NCBI GenBank assembly: GCA_964016885.1 | Contig: OZ024744.1 | Span: forward strand, 26,784,001-26,848,000 | Origin: Eledone cirrhosa | Lineage: Eukaryota | Length of the DNA: 64,000 nucleotides | Direction: 5' to 3' | Shown: positions 11,512 to 23,196 of the stretch, piece by piece | Numbering within the stretch: position 1 is the stretch's first letter | How the letters are laid out: each line of letters begins with the position of its first letter | Notes under the pieces: generated by a model | Seen by the model: the letters and a program-made list of their open reading frames with translations, nothing else | Told to the model about the DNA's origin: nothing | The model's database searches: none | Translations under genes and position numbers: made by a program

Positions 11512-13122
11512 AACCAGTAAGACCCCGACAGCTGAGCTCAAGCCGTTTCGACGGCTAATTCTGGACTAAATGAAAATTTATCCTGGTATTTAAATAGCCG
11601 ATCTTCTCAAGGGGTAATTCCATATATGGTCAAAGTGATTGTCAAAAATCAGTAGTAATTCTGTGGTTGCAAATTAGTAGGGGAGATGGTGGCTAAACCT
11701 GCCAGTAGGAGAAAGAGGGGAGGGGGTGGAGTAGACCCAATCAAGCGTTGGTAGTGCCAGCTACAGCTGGGCATGAGGTCAAAGAAGATACAGGGGAGGG
11801 GGAGGGGGAGGAAGTCGGAACGGTAGGTAGAACAATGGGGGGTAGAAATATATAGGAAAGAAAAAAAATACTGAGAGTGAAGAAAAGCAAATAAGTGTAA
11901 AGAAAAAAGTAAAGTAAAGTAAATTCTACGACCTAGGTCTCAGGCTATTGTTAGGCTAGAATAAAATAAAGAAAGAAAGAAAGAAGTAAAGAAATAAATA
12001 AATAACGAAATAAGTAAAAGAACTAGGTGGGACGGCATAGGCAAGGACCCTTTTAAGAGGTATAAGTACGTAAATGATACGGTGACGGGTCAACAAAAGG
12101 GGCCAAAATACTAAAGAGACTACCACGAAATAAACAATAAAGGTTTCCATCCCGGGCCAGCAACGACCCAGTGCAGCAAAGTGAACTTGTACGAGATAAT
12201 AATTCTGAGTCCCGAGAAAAATATATACTAATGCTAACTCTAAAAGATCTAAAACAAGCTACATGAAAGTTCGTACGAAATAAAGGTAGAATACGGAGAA
12301 ATAAATTCAGAATCCACCCCGCCCAGAAGAAAAGCGAAGCAAGAAATACTGAAACGAAAAAATAAGGCATAAGTGCCACTAAGAAATATAGAGGGCACAG
12401 AGAATAGTGGGAGCGGTCGGAAAAAGGGGGCAAGTATCCGGGGTCTAAGCCAACTGCTATAAAGGGCGGAGTCCGCCAAATCTATCATAGACTAGGGGAG
12501 GGGGGGTGGGGGTACTAAGGCTACATGGGGCCAAAGGGCAGCCTCGGGTGGGCGAGAAAAGACGCCGACAAAGGAGAAGAGCTGGGGTAGAAGGACTAAG
12601 GAGAGAGGGGGAAGGAAATAAAGGAAGCGATAAAAGAATACAAAGAAGATCTTACGTCTTCCTTGGCAAGCAGGGGTTACCCATTGCAAAATCGGCAAGT
12701 GGGGTGTTATAGCCCTAGTCTACCCCCCCGGGTCATTATGGGGTTTGAGGGCGAGGTAAGTCCTACGCAATCTATGTTTACATGCAGTGACCAGTTCATC
12801 TTTCTTGTTTAGGAGTTGGTCCGTCGAAAACAGCATTTGTAAAGTTTCCTCCGAGCATAAATTGCACGGACGGCGTCCTCCCGTGTAAGAATTGGCTCTG
12901 GACAGTAATCTCCAAGTGAGATCATAGGTGATGTTGTTGTCCTTGAGGTCCCATATGTGGCCCGAAAGTGTAGTGGCGTGACGCCGGGCCGGGTTTCGGA
13001 AGGTATGTCTTCAAGGTATGACTTCAAGACCCGGCTTGGTTCCTATTACCCACTCTACTACCTCAAGTATTGAGTACTTTGGTGCGTTATGGTCCACCTG
13101 GTTCCTTACCACATTTCCTTCG
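11510..13122 (-). mobile_element. 5'-truncated PLE 3' end (GIY-YIG C-terminus + long UTR/pseudo-LTR) with an inverted terminal piece
   Basis: Coding remnant 12720-13010; 11520-11630 resembles 10835-10945; 13045-13115 is an inverted diverged copy of ~10750-10820; flanked by (TA)n. Confidence 0.7.
12720..13010 (-). pseudogene. C-terminal part of a PLE GIY-YIG endonuclease (not in the ORF track)
   Basis: Manual translation: [96 protein letters not shown], with LS.HIW.LK, CxLC, LLNK and CxH motifs. Confidence 0.8.
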
Positions 13123-13123
13123 T

Positions 13124-13448
<325 letters not shown>

Positions 13449-13785
13449 TTAGAAATTATAAGCTTTCACCGTATTTTAGACTAAAGAAATTTCTAGCCTG
13501 ATAGTGGGGTTTTTAACCCTCGGAGAAATGGAAAAAGATGAGTGTTGCCCTACATGTACATATATATATATATATGTATATATCAGTTTATATACATATA
13601 TAAGTATGTATACATATATATGTATATATGTATATATATATATAAGTAAGTATGTTTTGAAACAGTGAGCAGGTTTTAAATTAGAAAATAGAATAGCTTT
13701 CACCGTATTTTTGACTAAAGGAATTTTAGCCTGATAATGGGGTTTAGAACCCTCAGATAAATGGAAAAAGATGAGTATTGACGTA
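13449..13785 (+). repeat. Diverged ~100-bp direct repeat pair (period 232) separated by TA-rich sequence
   Basis: TTAGAAA..AGCTTTCACCGTATTTT.GACTAAAG.AATT.TAGCCTGATA.TGGGGTTT..AACCCTC.GA.AAATGGAAAAAGATGAGT at 13449 and 13681. Confidence 0.8.
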
Positions 13786-13827
13786 CATATATATATATAT
13801 ATATATTGACGTACATATATATATATA

Positions 13828-13990
13828 TGTATAAAGAATGAATAATAACAGGTAGACATCATAAAAAGGTAATTTATTCCGTGTGCTTACAAATGTGTCC
13901 ACGGTGGTACTACAGCTTAGTTATGCTATGTGCAAATTTACAACTATTTGCGGAACTCAAATATCCAATGCTGTGACCACTGTATCCTAT
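13828..13990 (-). mobile_element. Decayed reverse-oriented copy of the 16.1-16.4 kb hammerhead element
   Basis: Reverse complement matches 16231-16390; GAAAC has become GACAC and the CTG of the core is missing. Confidence 0.75.
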
Positions 13991-14051
13991 ACATATATAT
14001 GTATACATACATGTATATATATATATAAACTGATATATACATATATATATG

Positions 14052-14115
<64 letters not shown>

Positions 14116-14541
14116 CGATATTAATAAATGGAAACTATATTTATAAAACCATATTTATTTCATTATACATATTTCAGGGATACCAAATTAAACTATGGCA
14201 TGCCTTATTCAGACAAAATACAATATATAACAGTTTTACAAATAAGCTTTGACGTACCCTTTTAAAATGCAACCATTATTTTTGGAAGCCATCTGGATAG
14301 TGAATTGTTTATATTATTTTAATAAGTCTTAGTGTTAAGGACAATTAGGAAAAGACGGAGAGAAAGAAAAAAGACGGAGAGAGAAAAAAAAAGAAAAAGA
14401 AAAAAACGTGGCGAAATATCGGAGAAAGAGAAATGCATGGAGAAAAAAGAGAGAGATAAATAAAGACAGGAGGAAAGAAAGAAAAAAGAGAAGAAAAAAG
14501 GAAGAAATAAGAAAAACAGAAGAAAGCAACATATAAGCAAC

Positions 14542-14597
<56 letters not shown>

Positions 14598-14604
<7 letters not shown>

Positions 14605-15678
14605 GATCGAGTATCGGAAAATCGGCGCACGAGTTCACGATAAACAAAATTCGAAATGAGCGGCAGAGGGCTCAATAATTCAGATGAATCAGAGCTATAA
14701 CTATCGTTAAAATACCGTCACATATAGAACAAGTCTACAATCAACCATACGATAAAAAATCGATAATAGAAGATTCGGGACAAACAGATAAAAAATATCA
14801 ATAAAACAATACGTCAATAATTTAAATGATTTTACATTCATTTAAATTATTGACGTATTGTTTTATTGATATTTTTTATCTGTTTGTCCCGAATCTTCTA
14901 TTATCGATTTTTTATCGTATGGTTGATTGTAGACTTGTTCTATATGTGACGGTATTTTAACGATAGTTATAGCTCTGATTCATCTGAATTATTGAGCCCT
15001 CTGCCGCTCATTTCGAATTTTGTTTATCGTGAACTCGTGCGCCGATTTTTCGATACTCGATCTTTCTAATATTTTTAGCTCTGGACATAGCTATCCACCA
15101 GTTAATTTTATTGCTCATTTTTTGTCGATTCTATTGAGTGATGAATAGCTTTTGTTTTATTTTAACATGTCTATTGAGCACTCTTATTCGATATGTGTAT
15201 TTCCACATTCCCTCGAATTGTTTTCGCGGATATAGAGGTTATCTCCCTTGTCTAATGCCATGTGCGTTTTTCACTGGTAGTTAGCCCCTCTCCCGCCAGG
15301 AAAAAAGCTCGTTGAGAAAGTAAACTCCGTTCCGCTTACTCTAGTAGGCTTTTATATTTATATGTGAGCTGATAGAGTACAGTCTAAGGATTTACAGAAA
15401 CCCATGAAGCTAGATTTAACACCTGTCTAGTGGGTCCGGGTATGATTTTACATTCATTTAAATTATTGACGTATTGTTTTATTGATATTTTTTATCTGTT
15501 TGTACCGAATCTTCTATTATCGATTTTTTATCGTATGGTTGATTGTAGACTTGTTCTATATGTGACGGTATTTTAACGATAGTTATAGCTCTGATTCATC
15601 TGAATTATTGAGCCCTCTGCCGCTCATTTCGAATTTTGTTTATCGTGAACTCGTGCGCCGATTTTTCGATACTCGATC

Positions 15679-15686
<8 letters not shown>
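14598..15686 (+). mobile_element. Non-coding retrozyme/PLE-like element: ~230-bp inverted arm + 616-bp unit + ~245-bp direct repeat, inserted in (TA)n
   Basis: 14598-14829 is the reverse complement of 14838-15069; 14826-15070 is repeated at 15442-15686; near identity between copies; TA tracts on both sides. Confidence 0.85.
15307..15441 (+). ncRNA. Type I hammerhead ribozyme with U3:A8 variant core and long stems II and III
   Basis: Stem I GCTCG/CGGGT; core TTGAGAA 15312-15318; stem II GTAAAcTCC/GGATTTAC with inner TACTCTA/TAGAGTA; GAAA 15397-15400; stem III CCCA..CTAGA..TCTAG/TGGG; GUC ending at 15436. Confidence 0.72.
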
Positions 15687-15738
<52 letters not shown>

Positions 15739-15801
15739 TATATTGTGAGCGTGAAGCCAACAGTATTTCATAATATATAAGTGACTATAACGTCAAAATG
15801 G

Positions 15802-15988
<187 letters not shown>

Positions 15989-16125
15989 TAGGTATAGGAT
16001 TATCCAAGATGTAGTAATGGTTAATTACTACACTGGATATGGTTGACGTACGGTAAGAGGGTACTCTACGAGTTATGGAAGAATTGTTCAAGAAACTTAG
16101 TTCCTGATTCTTCAGTATTCCGGAG

Positions 16126-16390
16126 TGTATATAAAGAATGAATAATAACAGGTAGACATCATAAAAAGGTAATTTATTCCGTGTGCTTACAAGTCTTTCC
16201 ACGGTGGTACTGCAGCTTAGTTATGCTCTGAGGAAACAGTGGTCACAGCAATGGATATTCGAGTTCTGCAAGTACTTGTGAATTTGCACGTAGCATAACT
16301 AGGCTGCAGTACCACCGTGGAAACACTTGTAAGCACACGGAATAAATTACCTTTTTATGATGTCTACCTGTTATTATTCATTCTTTACAT
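16126..16390. mobile_element. Foldback element (~100-bp inverted arms) overlapping a long-stem-II hammerhead
   Basis: 16126-16227 is the reverse complement of 16292-16390. Confidence 0.8.
16224..16336 (+). ncRNA. Candidate hammerhead ribozyme with ~85-nt stem II domain
   Basis: TGCT/AGCA stem I; CTGAGGA 16228-16234; stem II ACAGTGGT..CAGC/GCTG..ACCACCGT; GAAA 16320-16323; minimal stem III; GUA ending at 16331. Confidence 0.6.
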
Positions 16391-16476
16391 ATATATATAT
16401 GTATATATATATATATACATATATATATATGTATATATCAGTTTATATATTTATATATAAGTATGTATACATATAT

Positions 16477-16555
<79 letters not shown>

Positions 16556-16594
16556 TATGTATACATACATGTATATATATATATATATAAACTG

Positions 16595-16660
<66 letters not shown>

Positions 16661-16663
<3 letters not shown>

Positions 16664-17781
16664 CCCAGTACACCGGCCCCACGCCCGAACTGTACGGTCG
16701 TTACATTGACGACTGTATCAGAGCCACGACCCTCACCCGAGTACAGCTCGACTCCTTTCTCTCCTTCTTCTGCTCCTCCCACCCCTCACTCCACTTCACC
16801 ACCTCTATCTCCTCCACCCACGTCCACTTCTTAGACATCTCCGTCGCCTTCGACCCCTCCCACCACTCCCTCGTCACCTCCGCCTTCTTCAAACCCACCG
16901 ACTTCCACTCTTACCTCGACTTCACCTCTTCCTACCCCACCCACACTAAACTCTCCATTCCCTACTCCCAACTTCTCAGGATCCGCCGCCTCTGTAGCCG
17001 AGATGCTGACTTCGAGTCCCAGGCCCTTTCCCTAGTCAGCCATTTCATCTGCAGAGGTTACCCCCCCCCCCCTCTCTCGTCCACACCGCTCTCACCCACG
17101 CCCGTGCTATCCCCCGCTCCACCACCCTCACCCCACGCCACCGCACACCTACCCACCGTCTCCCCTTCCCCATCACCTACCACCCCTCCACCTTACCCCT
17201 CCACCGCACCATCCGCCGCCTCTTCCTCCACCTCCAGTCCGACCCCTCCACCTCCCACATCTTCCCAACCCCACCACTCCCCTCCTTCAAACGCGCACGC
17301 AATCTCCGCACCCTCCTCGTCCACAGCTCCCTACCCCCCAACCCACGCTCCGTTCCCCCCCCCCGGTTCCTTCCCCTGTTCTAGGCCCCGCTGCAACACC
17401 TGCCCCCACATCACCAACACCACCACCTTCCAGGGTCCCAACGGCCACCCTCTCTCGGTCCGGCATGCCTTCCGCTGCACCTCCTCCAACCTAGTCTACG
17501 GACTTCGTTGCACGAGGTGCAGCGCGAATTATGTCGGACAGACGGGACGCCGCCTGGCGGACCGAGTCACGGAGCACCTCCGGGACATTCGTCTCGGGGG
17601 CAGTTCCCCCATCGCCCGCCACTTTGGTGGCCCTGGACACTCCGCACGCCATCTCACAGTCTGTGGCCTACTCCAGTGCCACGGAACACCCGCCCATCGC
17701 CTTACGGTCGAACAACGTACTATCTTCATCCTTCAGACCCACACTCCCCCCTGCCTGAACTCCCCACCCTTATTCCTTTAG
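16661..17781 (+). pseudogene. PLE RT C-terminal half + GIY-YIG endonuclease
   Basis: ORF 16621-17781; the Pro/Ser-rich middle looks out of frame between poly-C tracts at ~17061 and ~17355 (compensating frameshifts, inference). Confidence 0.85.
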
Positions 17782-18269
17782 CGTTCGACCGCCCCCCTCC
17801 CCCCACACTTATCCCCCACTAACACCACTAACACACCCCTCCTTTTCACCCCCACCTCACACTAACAATACTAACACCTCCACTCCACCCCTCATCTGAC
17901 CACCCTTCCCCAACTAACATACTAACATCCCTTCCCTCCCCTCTTCTCCTCCTCCCCCCTCCTTATCACACGCACACACGCACCCACTTACACCACCCAC
18001 CCCACACGCAACTAAAATCACTAACATCCTCCAACCCCACGCACACGTACCCACACACCCTCGTACACCACCAACTCTACACACCCTACCCCCACTAACC
18101 CCTACTCACACCCGCATTCCACCCCACCCCCACACCTCCCGTATACTAACACCCACTAACACCTTTCACCATACTACACACACACCAGTACACCACACTC
18201 CCTCCATAGAACCACACACACCCTTCTCTCCCCACTCCACACTCACTCATCCCACTAACACCCCTACTA

Positions 18270-18310
<41 letters not shown>

Positions 18311-19143
18311 CCTCACTCCAACTCTCACACCTACCCATCCTCGCCTCCCTACCATTCCGCCGACTGCTGCCATGCCCTTCCGACCACTGTCTCGGCACCA
18401 ACTGACCACAGCACTTCCACTGCTGACCACTTCCTGTTGCGCGCGCACCCCACATCTCTCCTCTTCCGACCACCGCTTCTTGGATTACCCACACGCGTTT
18501 TGACTTCCAACCAAAATCTCCATACATCCGTGTAACTTACCACTTTTCAACCATCCTCTTACATCATCACCTACATAACTCACCCACACATACACCCCAA
18601 AACAATTTTTTTTATCCACACGCCACCCACACCCACAACACGCTTAAACCACACACACGTGCTTCCCACCACTTATTTACACCCTCAGCCCCCTGATTCC
18701 TCTCCCCCCACCCCCTATCCACACACGCACAGACCCTCCGACCCACAAAAACACCCCCCACACACACCTTCCTGAACATGCAACCCCGTTCTTCCCCCAA
18801 CCCTCACTTTCACATACACACACACACACACGCACACCTAACCACACACACCACCTTCAGCCCTCCCCGCTCGGACACCCCGTCTCCCTCTCCCCACTCC
18901 ACCCGCCACCACCTCTACTCACCCCACACCCTTCCACCACCTGTTTACCCCCCTTTTATTTCAGTTTATTTTGATCATGCCTTTATTTTTAAATTTTCTC
19001 ATTCCTTGTATTTTGATCATGCTTTATTTTTATTATTTATTTATTATTTATTATATTTTTGTCTTTATTTGTTAATTTTTCATTCGCACCGTTTCCTTTC
19101 GCTATATGTCTCTCCACCACTCCCCTACACACCTTTTGTACTC

Positions 19144-19210
19144 TCACCTGAAGAAGGGCTTATGCCCGAAACGTCGTCCCCCACCTACCCCCCACTCTCC
19201 TGAGCGTGAA
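19144..19210 (+). ncRNA. Minimal PLE hammerhead ribozyme
   Basis: CTGAAGA 19148-19154; stem II GGGC-ttat-GCCC; GAAA 19168-19171; CGTCG; UC 19177-19178; TCAC may pair with distal GTGA (19206-19209). Confidence 0.85.
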
Positions 19211-19263
19211 TTTAATAAACATTTATCGTACTGCCTCTCTGTTCTGTCCCTGTTCAATTTTTC

Positions 19264-19297
<34 letters not shown>

Positions 19298-19734
19298 CAG
19301 TATATATATACTGAAATATACTGATATATACTGATATATACATACTGATAAAAACCAAATAAAAATGGAGAAACCAAGGGAATTAACATGGGAAATAGAA
19401 AAAGATCGGTGAAGGCGAAGAAATGAAAAGAATGAGAGTAACAGTGAAATAGCTATTTCTATCTATAGATGGAAGAACTTACTATTTTATCTTCCCTTTA
19501 TTTATTTAGTTTTATTATTCACTCATTTTATTTTATTTTATTAGTTATTTTGTTTATTTATTTTATTTTATTTTATTTATTTATCTTTTCTTTACTTTTT
19601 CGTAGGCGTGGGTGAAAATAACGATATTGTTGGTCGGAGAATACAACTCCAAGTCACTTGAAGAGAATATAGAGACTTCTTTGTTTATATGTGTCACCCT
19701 GTAATATCTGTTTACTGAGGAGACATCATGGCGA

Positions 19735-19870
19735 TAGACTTGACGTGGAGTATTAGGTACGAATGAAGAGACATAACAAGTGGTAACTATAAATTGGTAG
19801 ACAGCGGAGGAAAGGAATTTAAATGGTGACTGGTAGCCGTAGTGGTGAACAAAATAGTTACTTGGTAGAC
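19735..19870 (+). mobile_element. Highly decayed APE-endonuclease-like LINE fragment (RTE/CR1-like)
   Basis: Translates as ..SGNYKLVDSGGKE..VAVVVNK, resembling the N-terminal APE segment; very short. Confidence 0.3.
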
Positions 19871-20420
19871 TATGTTTGACTTTGGGGACAGTAGGGGACT
19901 GTAAGGGACTGTAGTGACCAATGGTTCCTTATCTCCTTATCCCTGTGTCTCTTAGGTGAGAGAACAACCGCGATATCTCGCCAATAGTATCTGTTTCCAT
20001 TCAAATTCTTCCTTGTCAATTCTAGTCCCTCACTAAGGTATCCTGGTATCTGAGTTTTCTTTAGAGAAGATCTCCCACAACAAAATGTGTGAGTCAGCTC
20101 ATATTTAGCGCGGAAATAGTTGCTAGCAAACCTTCTGCAAAAATGACCCATCATTACAATGTTAGACTATGGTAGGCAGCTTCGATGGTTACCATAAGTA
20201 AAATTGCTTTCACCACCACTCTCATTGTTTCCTTTTTTTCTGGACCCACGATGGGATATTGATCAGAAATGTTCAGGAGGGTATGTCCCTGTCTCCATCT
20301 TGCTCTACAACATACCTTCTCAGAGTGGGCGCTATCGCCTCCGGGGGGGGGGGGCATTAAGAAGGTCCAGCAGAGTGCTCGGTCCTAAGGGGGTGGTGAA
20401 GGGTGGTAAAGATGATATAA

Positions 20421-20677
20421 TCTATATATCTAAAACAGAGAATGTCTGTCTGTCTGGTTCCCTAAAACTCGAGAACCATCCAACCGATGTTTTTCAAACT
20501 TTACACATGTAATACCTATCTATAGATGTGTTTTGACAAAAGAAATTTCAAATTTTCAATTCCATAGGGACCGCATTAAGCGCCGAATGTCACGCCCTCA
20601 TAATATCTGTCTGTATGTCTGGCTGTCTGCATTACGACATTATGACGCTATATGTGTGTGTGTATATATATGTATAT

Positions 20678-20729
<52 letters not shown>

Positions 20730-21479
20730 GTGTGTAACGTTTTTAGAAATATTTACTACTGCGATCACAGATTGATTTTTTTTAGTTTCAGAAGATCCCG
20801 TTAAGGGTTAAAGCAGCGATTTTTTGCTTAAACTTTAATATGTGATTCTAATATATATATATATTCGTGTACAGATAGTTTTGCATACACAAAAACAAGA
20901 TATAAACAAACAAGGCCAGCGATTACATAGTCAACGTTTCGGAAATCACTTGCATCACTGACGAGTTTACTCCTTACTCTACCAGTTAGTCTTAGTGTAC
21001 TTCATCCTGCTTTTAGGTGATGCCTCGAAGGAAGAGATACTCGATTGGCTGAAATACTGCGAAAGCGGCAAGAAAAGAACAAGGTGGCAAACGAATCGTC
21101 AGTGGAATCTGCTATTCGACGGTCGCAAGATGCTGAACGTACTGCCACCAGAAGAGCACTTGAAACATACAACCAACGAACCATTCGCCGAACCGCTGAT
21201 GCTACATCAACTTCTGCTGCACAAGCTGCCGAGACAGAAGACCAGCGACAACGTCGTCGATGTGCTGATGCTTTGCTTTCGTGGCTTGAACATTTTACTC
21301 TCAGGCACCCAATTAAGTCAAACCTCTGGTAATCTACGACGAATTTTTTTTATAAGGGCAAAATGTAGACACCATCTCGAGGCCGAGGTATTCCGTACTT
21401 CTCTGTACTGTTTCAGAAAGGAGGGATAAACTGCCAATCTATGTTTAGAATCCCGAGCAACGCCGGGCAATTCTGCTAG
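20421..21479 (+). mobile_element. Non-autonomous Helitron
   Basis: Starts TCTATATATCTAAAA after an A; ends with hairpin CCCGAGC-aac-GCCGGG, an 8-nt spacer and CTAG before a T (A|T target, no TSD); internal remnant with ET..QR..RR repeats typical of RepHel N-termini (21019-21260). Confidence 0.88.
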
Positions 21480-22552
21480 TATCAAATTAGGTATCAAATG
21501 ATACATATATATATAAATGTAGTAAAATAAAAAATATATAATATTTATTTATACATAGTATATATTATATTATTTATTATATATAAATTAAAGATTTTAT
21601 TTAAAATATATTTACAATTTGTGTGTAGGTAGGTCTCTCTGGAAATAGGATTGGGGCCGCTGAGGGCATTAGTTGGCCGTGAGAGGGCTCGGTGGCCCAA
21701 AATGTTTGAGAACCTCCTCTCTACAACGATAACGACGATCAGTGTTTCAATATCTCTTGCTGTTTACTTGTGACGACTCATACACAGCCGTTCAAGTCTA
21801 TCTCTGGGTATATATTCCAATATCTCTTCTTTACATTCGGATTTGGAGATCACGTAGACACAGATATGTATCTTGCTCTGGACGACGGAAACGAAACACT
21901 TCCACGCGTCATTCGCGACTTTCTTCAATTCATCTTTGAAGGCAAATATTAAAGTCCCTTCTCTCTTAGTTATGACTCCTTATTTCTTGCCATTTTCCAT
22001 TGACGAATTCGTCGGGCATAGAGACAGGGTCTGTATTATCTTTACTTCCAAAATAATTCCTTTTCCCAACTTGCTATCTCCAGGCTTACAGGCGCATTGT
22101 GATAGTGCTGCTGATTGTAGTGGTGGTTGTGGAGCTGCTGCTGGTGGTGGTGCTATTGCTGGCGGTGGTGGTGCCACTAGGGCTGCTGCTGGTAGTGATG
22201 CTGCTGCTACTGCTGGGACTACTGCTGCTGGTGGTACCATTTCCTACATCTGGAATAATGCTCTACTAAATTGTTCTTTAGGTTGGTGGCGTTCTCGATG
22301 TTTCTTTTATATTTTCTATCTTTTGAATGTTGTTGATGTTGCTGATGTCGCATAGCATGTCATTTGTTTTTGTTATTGTCGTTCTTATATCCCCCTCTCT
22401 CTCTCTATCGCTCTCTCTCTCTCTTATAATGTCTACCATTCGTAATGCCATCACTTGATACTTTAGCATGAGTATCACGGACGTGGCTTTTTAATCCTGC
22501 TAGGGAATTGCCTATGCCCAGCAATACCATGCATCGTAAATAATTGTTTCTA

Positions 22553-22725
22553 CGTTAGGCACAAGGCCAGCAATTACCCAGTGTATTACTGGTACTTTAT
22601 TTTATCGACCCCGTAAGGATGAAAGGCAAAGTTAACCTCGGCGGCATTTGAACTCAGAATGGCAAGGGCCGTAACTCTATGCGTCAAAGCATGGCGTCCG
22701 ACCCTCTACCAATATTGCCATCGCA
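22553..22725 (-). mobile_element. tRNA-derived SINE with Nin-like central domain
   Basis: CTGGTACTTTATTTTATCGACCCCGTAAGGATGAAAGGCAAAGTTAACCTCGGCGGCATTTGAACTC resembles, from memory, an abundant octopus SINE; B-box GAGTTCAAAT on the minus strand. Confidence 0.75.
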
Positions 22726-23157
22726 AATAATGCCACATATCAATCGATGTCTGTGCTTGAAGCTTTTTAAGTGAAGAAAGGTTTTGCGAGGAGCCAATCC
22801 CTCTCTTAGAACATGAAATGCATTTGTCCAAAAAGAATTGGTCTACATTATTGGATGCAAACGAAGTCTCAGCTTTAATATCAGGGAGATGTCTTAATGA
22901 AGACTAGGAGTCTCTTGCTCCACAGGAAAAACAAAAAAACTTTATTGGATGGCCGTTGACTCTCCTGAATCCCTCCACCATTTGACGGGTTTCGTTTTTC
23001 CTCCAGCAGTATGTCCAAAATCACCCTCCACACCAAGCAGGATTAGTAGGGTGGCTGGTTTAGTCGGTAGTAACCCGGCCATGCACAGCTTACTCAGACG
23101 ATATGTACTAAAGAAAATACTATATATTTAGCGTTCAACAGATTGGCAAAGGTATAG

Positions 23158-23196
23158 AGTCCTGATGAAGGGTAATGACCCAGAAATATATTGATT
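23158..23196 (+). ncRNA. Minimal hammerhead ribozyme candidate (palindromic stem III)
   Basis: AGTC/GATT stem I; CTGATGA 23162-23168; stem II GGGT-aatg-ACCC; GAAA 23183-23186; TATA; UU 23191-23192. Confidence 0.65.

Larger units (their letters stand above)
16661..19266 (+). mobile_element. 5'-truncated Penelope-like element (Neptune-type), C-rich, with long 3' UTR
   Basis: RYIDDC, FLDI, KPTD..SYLDF.S, SIPYSQ.LR.RR.CS, C.RPRC.TC linker, GIY-YIG (NLVYGLRC..C..NYVGQTGRRL..R..EH; ARHF...GH; LN); UTR with hammerhead and AATAAA at 19214; (TA)n on both flanks. Confidence 0.92.

Noticed and set aside
13490-13780. CTGATAG/CTGATAA plus GGGGTT..AACCCT hairpin as hammerheads
   Set aside because: Core, GAAA and stem III are all defective in both copies; at most ancient remnants.
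19900-20410. Possible LINE 5' UTR with an HDV-like ribozyme (minus strand)
   Set aside because: Could not build the nested double pseudoknot; identity unsupported.
21645-21722. hAT-MITE-like terminus (GGGGCCGC...TTTGAGAACC)
   Set aside because: Only one degenerate end, with no partner TIR or TSD seen.
21720-22360. Ala/Pro-rich ORFs and adjacent coding-like sequence
   Set aside because: Driven by GCT/GGT repeats; multiple stops and no recognisable motif (possibly a decayed LINE ORF1, unsupported).
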